This document shows, piece by piece, positions 10,882 through 20,954 of a DNA stretch of 64,000 nucleotides. Under the pieces are notes generated by a model. That model was not told the origin of the DNA. It did not search any database and saw only the letters and a program-made list of their open reading frames with translations. Origin of the DNA: a virus; the IMG/VR virus record IMGVR_UViG_3300047160_006395, positions 39,398-103,397 of that record. The stretch is one strand, 5' to 3'. Numbering within the stretch: position 1 is the first letter of the stretch; each line of letters begins with the position of its first letter. Position numbers and translations under genes: made by a program.

Positions 10882-13800
10882 TCAGTCTCCATAACCTAGA
10901 GTGCGCGTTCCCACGCGTTGAGAACGGGATCGGGTCATCACAACCTTGGAAAGAAATGATGAATCAGTAGTATGCGTCCGAGTCCTGGTCCACGGCGGCA
11001 AGAGAGTATCGGTCGTATGGGTCCGGGTACCGATCGATCGCGCCGGATCAAGGAACCAAGCTGAATAATAGGCTGCACCTCCAGTTCCCATGCCGATGTT
11101 GAACTGAACGTGACCGCTCACGTTCCAGACCATGTAAGCACCAACATTGGCGTTGGTATTCGTGTTCTGCCCTGGATCGATCAAGATGGGATTGCCAGGG
11201 TTGGTGATGTCATAAACGGTGATGAGTTCAGTTGGAACATCCGCAACGTAGATCGACACGGCGTGCACGAGATTGTCATTGATGACGATCGTGATATCCG
11301 TGGCGCCAAAGCCTACGTACATCCCGAGCCCGCCGTAACCCGGCATGATCGGAATCTGAAGATACATCGGCAAAGGATTGGTCTGGGGCGGCACATAGGT
11401 GCTGGTCACATTCCCACCGCTAAGCGTCACCGTAGCGATTAATGACGACGGCAACACATCCGGCTGCCCGCCCAGCTGCATGATCGAGTAACCTTGGCCT
11501 CCGTACGCACCGACCCAATTACCAAGCCGCCAGCTGTCTCGCTGCAAGAAGACCGCAGTCGACGCACTCCTTAAATAACTGTCGGTAATGTGTGTTCTGG
11601 TCTGTGTCTTACGTAGGCTGGCGTCAGTGTTGTGGGTCCGGGTATACGTTATCGGCAGCCCCGGCTTGAACAATAAACTGTCAGTGCCGTGCGTCTTGGT
11701 GGATGTCTTTCGCACCATGACGTCGGTGAAGTGCTCCTGGATGCGGGTCATGATCCCGCCCACCAGCCCGAACGTGACCATATCGGTGGTATGCTTCTTG
11801 GTCGTCGTCAACATGGGCAGGTTGAACCCGCCAGCCAGCGTCTGGATCTGGTCGTTGGTCAACGCGACGTTATAGATCCGGGCATCATCCATGTTGCCGT
11901 AGTAATACTGGCTGCCGACAGGAGCAGGGCCGCGGAGCGTGCCGCTGCTATAGCTCGCGCCAAGAAACGTAGGCAGATCCGGGCTAGCCTTGGCCAGGCC
12001 ACCGGACATGGTAGCCCCACCCGTGTTGACATAGATGGTCCGGGTCGAAGCAGTCGTGACCATGGCAACGAAGGTCCAGACTCCGCCCGGCACAACCATC
12101 CAGGGCTGCGTCGGCGTGAAGAGCTGGTTACTCCCGGAATTGCATGCGGTCGAGGTCAGCACGCCCGAATTGTTAGTCGCCATACCCCAGCCACGGTCGT
12201 ACGAAGAAACCTGGTGACCGATGAGTGGCTGGTTGGCATTGGAGCCCATAGTCTGAATCCACATCGTCACCGTGAAATTGGTGGCGAAACCATGAGGCGC
12301 CGCCGGTGTTGATGTGGCGAGGTAAGTATTACCGCTAAGCCCCCGTGGCTCGGCACCGGTCATAACAGGCGTACCGCCGAGTGGGAAGTTACGCGCATGG
12401 GGATTATAGAAGTGGAGCGGCGCGACCGTCGCAGAGTTTGTCGTACCCCCGTTGACATCAGCGGCATTGGCAGCTGCCCATCCCCAGTCGATCGCGAGCT
12501 GGCCACTCCCGACTTCGTCAAGATTCCAATAGCTAACGAGCGGGCTCTGAAGCAGAATGTCGGTACGATGAATCCTGGTCGACCAGACCAGCAAGGAGTC
12601 GGTCGTATGCGTCTTAGTTGTAGTTATGACCGCGAATGGATCGAAGCCGCCGGCCAGACTCTGCATCTCGTCAACGGTCAGAGCAGAGGCATAAATACGA
12701 ACATCATCGAGATCGCCCTGGAAGTAGTAGCCCGGGTTACCGCTGTAGTCGACGCCAAGCTGTGTGGGAGCGCTCGGATTGGATATCCCCAGCAAATTCG
12801 AGGTCACCTTGCTGCCACCCATACCGACATAGAGAGAGCGGGTCGTGGCAGTTGTGACCATGCCGACGAAAGTCCAGTACCCGGTCGGTACGGTCATCCA
12901 GGATTCAGTTGGTGTCAGCGTCTGGGTGTCCATGGTGGTGGGTGCCGTCGAGACCAGGAAGCCCTGGTTGTTGGTCATCAGGCCCCAGCCGCCATTTAGT
13001 GGTGCAGGTTGCCTGGTGATGATCGGCTGGTTGCTCTGGCGGATATGCAGCCGGACCCAGGCCGTTACCGTGAAGTTACTGATGAAGTCATGGGCAGGCT
13101 GAGGTCCCGCATCAAGGTAGTCGCCAGGAGGCCCAGGAATACTCATAGGCGGGAAGAAACGGCTGGCCGTGTTGGCGAAGTGAGTCGGCGCTGTGAGTGG
13201 TACCAGCGTAGAAGCATACGTGCTGCCTGTGTGATCGGTGGCGTTGGCGCCAAGTGGCTGCGAATCAATCGCAACCGGACCAAAGGACCCAGTCTCATCG
13301 AGCTTCCAGTAACTGACCAGCCTGCCGAGAAGGAAAGTATCGGTGCTGTGAACCTGGATCCTGGTCACTAGCGAGGGGAACGAGGTATCGGTGGTATGGG
13401 TCTGGGTTATTGTTTGCCGTAGGCTGGAATCGGTGGTGTGAATCCTGATAAACGTCTTGAGCAGGTTGCTGTCGGTGCTATGAGCCTTGGTTACCGACTT
13501 CACCAGGTTGCTGTCGGTGCTGTGAGCCCTGGTCATCGCCCCCTTCAGGTCACTGTCAGTACCGTGGGCCCTGGTCATCGCCCCCTTCAGATCGCTGTCG
13601 GTAGCATGAGCCTTGGTTACCGACTTCACTAGATCACTGTCGGTGTTGTGAGTCCTGGTTATGGACTTAACCAGGTTGCTATCGGTGCTGTGTACTCTGG
13701 TTACCGCTCCCTTCAAGTCGCTGCTGGTACTGTGGACCCTGGTGAACGTCGCGCGCAAGTTGCTGTCGGTGTTATGGGTCTTGGTTACCGACTTCACCAG

Positions 13801-16800
13801 ATCGCTATCGGTGCCATGACCCACGGTGAACGTCTTGCGTAGCAGGCTGTCGGTACCATGAGCCCTGGTTATTGCTCCCTTCAGATCGCTGTCGGTGTTG
13901 TGAACCTTGGTGAACGTCTTGAGCAGATTGCTGTCGGTGTTGTGAGTTCTGGTGAATGTCTTGAGCAGATTGCTGTCGGTGCTATGAACCCTGGTTACCG
14001 GCCCTTTCAGATCGCTGCTGGTGGTGTGGGTTATGATCACCGTGTTCACCGAAAGCACATAGCTATCGGCGGTATGAGCCCTGGTTTGTGTCCCCTTCAG
14101 ATCGCTGCTGGTGGTGTGGGTCTTGGCCACTATCAGCGGCAGCAAGGTATCAGTGGTATGGGCCTTGGTGTACGTCTTGCGAAGCAAGCCATCAGTGCTG
14201 TGATTCCTGGTGAACGTCGCGCGCAGCCAGCTATCGGTGTTATGGATCCGGGTGAACGTCGCTCGCTTCGAGGTGTCAGTCGTGTGCGTCTTGGTGAACG
14301 TCGCGAGCAAATTGGCATCAGTGCTGTGAGTCCTGGTGTACGTCTCGCGCAGCCAGCTATCGGTGCCGTGGGCCCTGGTAAATGTCGCGCGCTGCAAAGT
14401 ATCGGTGTTGTGCGTCTTGCCACCAACCGACTTCGGTGGATCGATGAACCAGGCCGAGAAGATAACGAAGTTGGTATTAGTTGGAACCCCGGTCATGACG
14501 ACCTTGATCCGGCCGCTCGCGTTCCAGACCATGTAAACACTGGTGTACTGCGGTAGCGGCGAGTACTCACCCGGATCGATCAAGATGGGGTTGTTAGGAT
14601 CAGTGACGTTATAGACCGTAAAAGTAGCTTGTAGGTTGTTCCCCGCGTTGGGCATCGCCGCGTAGACCGCTATTGAATGCGAACGGCCATCGTCAAGATC
14701 GAACGTGATGCTCACGGGATTGTTTTGCCAGTAGCCCGCAAGTCCGGCGTAGCCAGGCATACTGGGGATCGGAAGATAAAGTGGATTCGGGGTTGTCGTG
14801 GGGGGAATCCACGAGCTATTGAGGCTTCCATTAGCCAAAGTCACCGAGCATTTCGGCGGCAATACATCTGCCTGTCCGCCCAGGCCCAAGAGCGAATAAC
14901 CCTGCGTGCCATACGGGCCAACCCAGGAACCATTCCGCCAGGTATCCTGCTGCACGAATGTCGCGCTTGCCGTTTGGAACAGGTAGCTGTCAGTACTGTG
15001 GGTCCTGGTAAATGTCTCGCGTAGATCGCTATCGGTGTTGTGGGTCTTGGTAAATGTCTTGACCAGACTGGCGTCAGTGTTGTGTGTTTTAGCCGACGTC
15101 TTGAGTAGGTCGCTGTCAGTGCCGTGGGTCTTGCTAACCGTCAAGCGCAACCAACTATCGGCGCTGTGCGTCTTGCTATACGTCGCGCGTAGATTGGCAT
15201 CAGTGTTGTGAGTCCTGGTGAACGTCGCCCGCTTCGAGGTATCGGTCGTGTGCGTCTTGGTGAACGTCGCGAGCAGATTGGCATCAGTGGTATGTGTCCT
15301 GATGTACGTCGCGCGCAGGTTGGCATCCGTACTGTGAATCCTGACGAATGTCGCACGAAGTAAGCTATCAGTGTTGTGGGTCTTGCTGAACGTCGCGCGC
15401 AGATTGGCATCAGTACCGTGGGTCTTGCTGAACGTCGCACGCAGATCGCTGTCAGTGCTGTGTGCCTTGGTGTTGACCGACCGCACCGGATCGATGAACC
15501 AGCCATTGAGCACTGAATCCGGACCCGTCAGCGCGATCTGGAATTGAACCCGGCCACTTACGTTCCAGACCATGTAGACGCCGGTGGTGTTGATGTCACC
15601 CGAGTTCTGACTGGGGCAGATCAGAACAGGACTACCAGGACTGGTGACGTCATAGACCGAGACGTTCTGCGGACTGGAAAAACAGGCCGCGTAAAGTGAG
15701 ACCGCATGGATCTTGCCGTCATCAAGATTGACCGTGACGGTTAAATTCCCGGGACCGTAATAGAGCGAGAGCCCGGCCTGTACGTACGGGCTAGGAGGAA
15801 TCAGGAGATACCGCGGGTCGGCAGGAGTATTAACGGGGCCGTGACCACTCCAAGGATTGACCAGGCCACCGCCGGCAAGGGTCACTGTGCAATGCAGCGG
15901 TAGAACATCGGGCGTGCCGCTCAAACTCAGGATCGAGTAACCCTGAGACCCATAGGCATAAGGCCAACCCTTACCATTGCACGAAGCATCACGCTGCAAG
16001 TACGTCGCGCTTGCCGGGAAGAACAGGTAACTGTCGGTGTTATGGGTCCTGGTAAGCGTCGCATTCCGTAGGGTATCGGTACTGTGAGTTTTGATGAACG
16101 TCGCGTTCTTTAAGACGTCAGTGCTGTGAGCCTTGGTAAACGTCGCGATCAGTCCGGTATCAGTACTGTGAGTCTTGGTCAGCGTTATGAATGTCGACGT
16201 CAAGGTGTCGGTGCTATGGGTCTGCGTCACGACATTGACGAGACCTGGATCACCACCATTGGCCAAAGTGCTGATCTGGTCGAAAGAAAGCGGGACGTTG
16301 TAAAAGCGGATCTCGTCCATGTCGCCGATCATTCCGGCGGCAGTGGCATCGGTATATAAAGAATTTATGCGTGTCGGGAGATCCGTGCTGGCAGCCGGCA
16401 AAAAGGGCGAAGAATAGATCGATCGCTTACCGTTCACGTAAACGTAACGAGTGGTCGCTGTCACGACGCCCGCGAGATGGACCCAAGTATTAGCCGGAAG
16501 GGCACCCAGATCATTGCCTACCAGCGGGTTGGAAGCAGAACCCGAGCACGCATAGAAATTCAGCAAGTTACTGCCATCAGTCAGCAGACCCCAGCCGCGG
16601 TTATTTGTGGAGATCTGATGGCTTATGATCGGCCTGCCCTTAGATGAGCTGGAGAAGCGAACCCAGGCCGTGATGGAGAAGTTACTCGTGAGTCCGTGAG
16701 CCGGCAGTGGGTTAGCTGTCGTGAGAAAATTGCCACTGGCGCCCGAGAAGTTACGACCACGCGGGTTGTTGAGATAAGGCCAAGTTGGCGCGGAGATCGG

Positions 16801-19380
16801 CGCTGTTGACGAAGGTGTCGTGGTACCCAGGTTATCGGTCGCGTTAGCGCCAAGCGGCATGGAATCGATGGCGACTGCACCCGTCGCAGTTTCATCGAGC
16901 TTCCAGTAGCTAAGCAGGCCACTGCTGTTGAAAGTATCGGTGCTGTGAACCCTGGTTACCGTGCCTTTTAGAGCGCTGTCGGCGGTGTGGGTCCTGGTGT
17001 ACGTCGCTTTCAGCGTGGTACTGGTGGTATGGGTCCTGATGAACGTCGCTTTCAGCCAGGCATCAGTGTTGTGAGCCTTGGTGAACGTCGCGCGCTTCGA
17101 GGTGTCGGTAGTGTGGGTCCTGGTGAACGTCGCGCGCAGCCAGGCATCGGTGTTGTGAGTTACGGTGAAGGTCTTGCGTAGCGAGCTATCGGTATTGTGA
17201 GTCTTGGTGAACGTCGCTCGTCTCGACGTATCGGTAGTGTGGCTCTTGGTGAATGTCGCATATCTCAGCGTGTCGGTGGTGTGAGTTACGGAATTGACCG
17301 ACCGCGCCGCGTCGAGGAACCACCCTGAATAAAAGGACTGACCACCAGTTCCCATGCCGATGTTGAACTGGACGTTACCGCTTATGTTCCAGACCATGTA
17401 AACGCCGATATTGGCGTTGGTGTTCGTGTTCTGAACTGGGCCAATCGGGATGGGGCTGGCAGGAGCGTTGACGTCATAGGCTTGAATCGGTTGAGTCGGG
17501 ACAGTCGCGACGTAGAACGAGATGGCATGAACAAGTCCATCAGTGATATTGATGGTGAAATTGTTGGCACCGAAGCCCGAGTACACTCCAAGCCCGGCAT
17601 AACCAGGCATGACAGGAATCTGAAGATAAGGCGGAAGCGGGCTGGTCGTGGGAGGATTGTAAGAACTGTTGGTGTTTCCACCGCTAAGCGCCACCGTAGC
17701 AACCGTGGGCGCCACGTCTGGCTGCCCGCCCAGCCTCATGATCGAGTAGCCCTGGCCGCCATAAGCATTGACCCAGTTGCCGAGCCGCCAGGTATCGCGT
17801 TGCAAGAAGACCGCGGTCGATGCCTTCAGCAGGTAACTATCGGTGTTGTGGGTCTTGGTGACCGTCGTTACCGCCTTTGCCACCAGCGCATCGGTAGAAT
17901 GCGACCGAGTTGAAGTCGTAGTGGCAAACGGGTCGAGACCGTTGGCAAGGCTCGACATCTGGTCGTTGGTCAGCGCGACTCTATAGATCCGGACATCGTC
18001 GATGTCACCCTGGAAGTAATTGGCAGGGTTGGAGCTGTAGTCCGTACCTATTTGCGTTGGGAGGTTCGGGCTGATGTTGCCTAGCGCGGTCGAGGTTACA
18101 CTGCTCCGCTGCCCGTTGACGTAGAGGTAACGGTTGGTAGCGGTCACAACGGTAGAGACATGGGTCCAGACCCCGACCTGTATGGCGGCCCAAACCTCCG
18201 TCGCCGTCAGATCCTGGGTGCTCACAAGAGAGCCACTGGGCGCAGTCGAGTTCAAGAAGCCCTGACTGTTGGTCATCAGGCCCCAACCGTTGGCGATTGG
18301 AGCGACCTGGTGACTCACGAACGGCTGGTTGCCCTGCACGTTTTGCAGCCGGACCCAGGCCGCAATCGTGTAATTGTTGTTGAAGCCATGAGCCGGTATG
18401 GCGACCGAAGTGTAGAGATAGGTGTAAGGGGTGGTGTTGTTGGGAAAGTGCCGGCTGGCCGTACTAGAAGGAAGTAATGGCGGGGTAGTCGGCGCAAGCG
18501 TAGCCGCAGTTGTTCTGCCCTGCGAATCAGCAGCGTTGGTACTGACTGGCGATGAATCAATCGCGACTGCGCCCAGCGCGGTCTCATTGAGCTGGTAATA
18601 ACCAACAAGGGGCCCGACGAGAATAGAGCTGGTGCTGTGACTTACAGTCGATGTTTTCTTCAGATCAGAGTCAGTGCTGTGACTCTGGGTGCTCGTCCCC
18701 TTCAGACCGGAGTCGGTGTTGTGCTGTTTAGTCGTGGTATACGTGACCACGATCTGGAGCGCGAAGCCGACATTAGATGCTGACGCTGCAAATGTGTCTG
18801 TGCCGTTATAGGTTGTAAGGGTGGATTGGTTCGTGAGGTGGCCAGCTTGTGCCGTGGTGCCGCTGGTCGAGATAAAGGCGCCAGATATGGCGCCAGGGTT
18901 CGCCGGCACTCCCGAGTAAGAACTACTCGTGGTCGTTGTCGCAGTAGCCCATCCAAAACCAATTTCAAAGACAGTGCTGCCGGCTGGAGCCGCGCTGACC
19001 GTAAGACTTCCGCTACCGCACGCGGTGGCAGTTGCAGTAGCAGAGATAGACTGAATAACCGGGCCTATCCCGCCGCCAGTACCTTGGTACTCGATAACGA
19101 TGAGTGCACACTTGATTCCACCCTGCGCAGTGAAGGTGCCTACCGCAGTCGTCGATGGCGCATTTGCATAGACATAAGCTGCACCACCAATAGCAGTGCC
19201 GTTGTTGGCTCGTCTCAGCAGGACCCAGTTGGCTGGCGCCGACGCCGTTACACTCGATCCGCCTGCAAAGAAGAAGTAGGCAACGAGGCAATTACCGGCC
19301 GTGGTAGCGGTAGAGAACGTGGCGCTCGCTGTGGTGCCCACACCGCTACCAGTAGTACTTTGTATGGCACCAACAGCCAC
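10882..19380 (-). CDS. giant fibre/adhesin protein: four LamG/concanavalin-like domains, four 'QRDTW..GNW..AYG.QGYS' domains, HxTD repeat stalks
   Basis: 2832 aa; LamG signatures (YW.LDE...FT.TAWV...W.H...F.GD.DD.RIY..AL) four times; GGAGG RBS. Confidence 0.75.
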   Translation of the reverse strand: MAVGAIQSTTGSGVGTTASATFSTATTAGNCLVAYFFFAGGSSVTASAPANWVLLRRANNGTAIGGAAYVYANAPSTTAVGTFTAQGGIKCALIVIEYQGTGGGIGPVIQSISATATATACGSGSLTVSAAPAGSTVFEIGFGWATATTTTSSSYSGVPANPGAISGAFISTSGTTAQAGHLTNQSTLTTYNGTDTFAASASNVGFALQIVVTYTTTKQHNTDSGLKGTSTQSHSTDSDLKKTSTVSHSTSSILVGPLVGYYQLNETALGAVAIDSSPVSTNAADSQGRTTAATLAPTTPPLLPSSTASRHFPNNTTPYTYLYTSVAIPAHGFNNNYTIAAWVRLQNVQGNQPFVSHQVAPIANGWGLMTNSQGFLNSTAPSGSLVSTQDLTATEVWAAIQVGVWTHVSTVVTATNRYLYVNGQRSSVTSTALGNISPNLPTQIGTDYSSNPANYFQGDIDDVRIYRVALTNDQMSSLANGLDPFATTTSTRSHSTDALVAKAVTTVTKTHNTDSYLLKASTAVFLQRDTWRLGNWVNAYGGQGYSIMRLGGQPDVAPTVATVALSGGNTNSSYNPPTTSPLPPYLQIPVMPGYAGLGVYSGFGANNFTINITDGLVHAISFYVATVPTQPIQAYDVNAPASPIPIGPVQNTNTNANIGVYMVWNISGNVQFNIGMGTGGQSFYSGWFLDAARSVNSVTHTTDTLRYATFTKSHTTDTSRRATFTKTHNTDSSLRKTFTVTHNTDAWLRATFTRTHTTDTSKRATFTKAHNTDAWLKATFIRTHTTSTTLKATYTRTHTADSALKGTVTRVHSTDTFNSSGLLSYWKLDETATGAVAIDSMPLGANATDNLGTTTPSSTAPISAPTWPYLNNPRGRNFSGASGNFLTTANPLPAHGLTSNFSITAWVRFSSSSKGRPIISHQISTNNRGWGLLTDGSNLLNFYACSGSASNPLVGNDLGALPANTWVHLAGVVTATTRYVYVNGKRSIYSSPFLPAASTDLPTRINSLYTDATAAGMIGDMDEIRFYNVPLSFDQISTLANGGDPGLVNVVTQTHSTDTLTSTFITLTKTHSTDTGLIATFTKAHSTDVLKNATFIKTHSTDTLRNATLTRTHNTDSYLFFPASATYLQRDASCNGKGWPYAYGSQGYSILSLSGTPDVLPLHCTVTLAGGGLVNPWSGHGPVNTPADPRYLLIPPSPYVQAGLSLYYGPGNLTVTVNLDDGKIHAVSLYAACFSSPQNVSVYDVTSPGSPVLICPSQNSGDINTTGVYMVWNVSGRVQFQIALTGPDSVLNGWFIDPVRSVNTKAHSTDSDLRATFSKTHGTDANLRATFSKTHNTDSLLRATFVRIHSTDANLRATYIRTHTTDANLLATFTKTHTTDTSKRATFTRTHNTDANLRATYSKTHSADSWLRLTVSKTHGTDSDLLKTSAKTHNTDASLVKTFTKTHNTDSDLRETFTRTHSTDSYLFQTASATFVQQDTWRNGSWVGPYGTQGYSLLGLGGQADVLPPKCSVTLANGSLNSSWIPPTTTPNPLYLPIPSMPGYAGLAGYWQNNPVSITFDLDDGRSHSIAVYAAMPNAGNNLQATFTVYNVTDPNNPILIDPGEYSPLPQYTSVYMVWNASGRIKVVMTGVPTNTNFVIFSAWFIDPPKSVGGKTHNTDTLQRATFTRAHGTDSWLRETYTRTHSTDANLLATFTKTHTTDTSKRATFTRIHNTDSWLRATFTRNHSTDGLLRKTYTKAHTTDTLLPLIVAKTHTTSSDLKGTQTRAHTADSYVLSVNTVIITHTTSSDLKGPVTRVHSTDSNLLKTFTRTHNTDSNLLKTFTKVHNTDSDLKGAITRAHGTDSLLRKTFTVGHGTDSDLVKSVTKTHNTDSNLRATFTRVHSTSSDLKGAVTRVHSTDSNLVKSITRTHNTDSDLVKSVTKAHATDSDLKGAMTRAHGTDSDLKGAMTRAHSTDSNLVKSVTKAHSTDSNLLKTFIRIHTTDSSLRQTITQTHTTDTSFPSLVTRIQVHSTDTFLLGRLVSYWKLDETGSFGPVAIDSQPLGANATDHTGSTYASTLVPLTAPTHFANTASRFFPPMSIPGPPGDYLDAGPQPAHDFISNFTVTAWVRLHIRQSNQPIITRQPAPLNGGWGLMTNNQGFLVSTAPTTMDTQTLTPTESWMTVPTGYWTFVGMVTTATTRSLYVGMGGSKVTSNLLGISNPSAPTQLGVDYSGNPGYYFQGDLDDVRIYASALTVDEMQSLAGGFDPFAVITTTKTHTTDSLLVWSTRIHRTDILLQSPLVSYWNLDEVGSGQLAIDWGWAAANAADVNGGTTNSATVAPLHFYNPHARNFPLGGTPVMTGAEPRGLSGNTYLATSTPAAPHGFATNFTVTMWIQTMGSNANQPLIGHQVSSYDRGWGMATNNSGVLTSTACNSGSNQLFTPTQPWMVVPGGVWTFVAMVTTASTRTIYVNTGGATMSGGLAKASPDLPTFLGASYSSGTLRGPAPVGSQYYYGNMDDARIYNVALTNDQIQTLAGGFNLPMLTTTKKHTTDMVTFGLVGGIMTRIQEHFTDVMVRKTSTKTHGTDSLLFKPGLPITYTRTHNTDASLRKTQTRTHITDSYLRSASTAVFLQRDSWRLGNWVGAYGGQGYSIMQLGGQPDVLPSSLIATVTLSGGNVTSTYVPPQTNPLPMYLQIPIMPGYGGLGMYVGFGATDITIVINDNLVHAVSIYVADVPTELITVYDITNPGNPILIDPGQNTNTNANVGAYMVWNVSGHVQFNIGMGTGGAAYYSAWFLDPARSIGTRTHTTDTLLPPWTRTRTHTTDSSFLSKVVMTRSRSQRVGTRTLGYGD
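13360..14410 (-). repeat. coding tandem 48-bp repeats (T.TR.H.TDS.L)
   Basis: about 20 near-identical 16-aa units, e.g. gctgtcggtg...gccctggt recurring every 48 bp. Confidence 0.9.
14990..15460 (-). repeat. coding tandem 48-bp HxTD repeats
   Basis: ATFSKTH.TDANLR units repeated. Confidence 0.85.
16935..17285 (-). repeat. coding tandem 48-bp HxTD repeats
   Basis: ATFT.TH.TD units repeated. Confidence 0.85.
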
Positions 19381-19408
19381 AGCGCCCCTCCATGGGCTGG
19401 AGGGCCGG

Positions 19409-20245
19409 TCACGTCACAGGCACCGGCGCACCGACCTCCCGTTCATGTCCAGGCACCAGCGAGCCGACTTCACGATCATCGCCGGGACCGCGCACGATAT
19501 CGTAGAACCACGGATGCTTCGGCTGGAAAGCGCCGGCCATGACGATTGATTCATCGCCCATGGTGTAAGCGATGTGCTGGATGTTGCTATCCTCACCGTC
19601 TTGAGTCTGAGCCGTGAGCTGCCAGCCCAATAGGTTGACAACCGATATTTCACCCTGTAGCAATCCGCCGGCAGCCATGGCGCAGCGGCGGCGAAAGATC
19701 ACCCGCTGACCACGATCGAAGTACTGCTCGAACCAGGGCATGCCGCGGTTGCCGTAAAAGACCACGGACATCAGCCGGCTGAAGTCGAGGTGCCTGAAAC
19801 CGATCTCGTGGCGGGTAACCGGCTCGACCATGGGATCGGTCTTGCCGTCTTCGTAGTAGGCAACCCAGCTCAGATCCGGGAAACGATCATCGACTGGCCG
19901 GACCGTGGCAAACCAGGGCAAGGCTTCATCGTATCGGCCGGCCATGACGATCCGGCCATCTTCCGAAACATAAGCGATGTGCTGAACGCAGAGTTCACGG
20001 CCGGTGTGCTGAAGCGTCTCTTGCCAGCCCAGCATGTGGCAAGGAACGTCAGAGAGCGGCGTATGCGGCAAGACGTGATAGATCGCACGCTGCTGCGGCT
20101 CGAAGAGCTGCTCGAGGAATGGACGGCCTTCGTGATCCTTGAGCTGAATGCTCGCGAGCACCGAAGTGTCGAGGTGAAGTCTCTCGTTGCGGCGCTGCTG
20201 CGCAAAACCGCCATCTCGATAGATGGCAGTCCAGGTATAGGACAT
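19409..20245 (-). CDS. hypothetical protein with an internally duplicated domain
   Basis: 278 aa; two copies of W.A.Y.DG...EQ.F...QR.I...LGWQ...QHIAY...IVMAG...PWF; GGAGGG RBS. Confidence 0.7.
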   Translation of the reverse strand: MSYTWTAIYRDGGFAQQRRNERLHLDTSVLASIQLKDHEGRPFLEQLFEPQQRAIYHVLPHTPLSDVPCHMLGWQETLQHTGRELCVQHIAYVSEDGRIVMAGRYDEALPWFATVRPVDDRFPDLSWVAYYEDGKTDPMVEPVTRHEIGFRHLDFSRLMSVVFYGNRGMPWFEQYFDRGQRVIFRRRCAMAAGGLLQGEISVVNLLGWQLTAQTQDGEDSNIQHIAYTMGDESIVMAGAFQPKHPWFYDIVRGPGDDREVGSLVPGHEREVGAPVPVT

Positions 20246-20321
20246 TGTATTGCCCCTCCCAGATCGGACCTTGATGGCCGCAGCGATTGTATTCGGTGAC
20301 GGCCGGTCCTATGTGTAATGG

Positions 20322-20915
20322 TTAGTCTTCGTCTCCAAGTTCGAGCGTATCGACATCTTCACGCCCGATCGTCATCTGCTCGCGACCGCTTCCGTTCCCC
20401 CCAGGGGTCAACGGTGGGGCTTCCGTCGGGCCAACGGTCAGCTCATCCACTTCTTCCCACTGCGGCATCGAAGCCACTACCTCGGCCTTGCGCGCCTCGA
20501 AGAGCTGCTTGGCTTTGTCGTCGAGGGCCTGTTCGGCTCCGACGTAGAGGCAATGCCCCAGCTTGCCGTGCCCGTCGCAACTGTGGTTGACACCCCAGTT
20601 GTTGCCGCTTTCGTCGACGCCGCCGACTGGCTCCTCGAATTCGACACCGATTCGCTTGCCGGGTTCGTTGGAAAGCCGGATGATCTTCCCCTTGCGCGGG
20701 GCATCCAGATGCTCGTGGCCCACGATCCAGTAAACCTCGCCCTTGCGGAGCTTTCGCTGGTGTTCGAGGGGCGGAGCTTGCTCGTGCGGGGCAAGCATCC
20801 GGATTGGTCTGGCCGGGGCGGCTGGACTTGGAGTCTGGGCCCGCGGTGGTTGCGCTGCCGGCTGCCGCGCGGGCGGCATGGGCCGTTGAGGCCGCTGGTG
20901 GCGTGGATCGGGCAT
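20322..20915 (-). CDS. hypothetical protein with an SH3/CAP-Gly-like core
   Basis: 197 aa; KGKIIR...IGVEFEEPVGG...HSCDG..K.GH; AAGGAG RBS. Confidence 0.6.
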   Translation of the reverse strand: MPDPRHQRPQRPMPPARQPAAQPPRAQTPSPAAPARPIRMLAPHEQAPPLEHQRKLRKGEVYWIVGHEHLDAPRKGKIIRLSNEPGKRIGVEFEEPVGGVDESGNNWGVNHSCDGHGKLGHCLYVGAEQALDDKAKQLFEARKAEVVASMPQWEEVDELTVGPTEAPPLTPGGNGSGREQMTIGREDVDTLELGDED

Positions 20916-20954
20916 GATAAAGGCTCCTTTGAAGCAGGCTAATCCAGCAGCCGG

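Noticed and set aside
13360-17285. Regular 48-bp repeats as a CRISPR array
   Set aside because: The repeats are degenerate, in frame and protein-coding, with no unique spacers and no cas genes.
11035-17820. Near-duplicate segments as a diversity-generating retroelement TR/VR pair
   Set aside because: Both copies are coding, the differences I compared are not adenine-specific, and no reverse transcriptase is present in the window.
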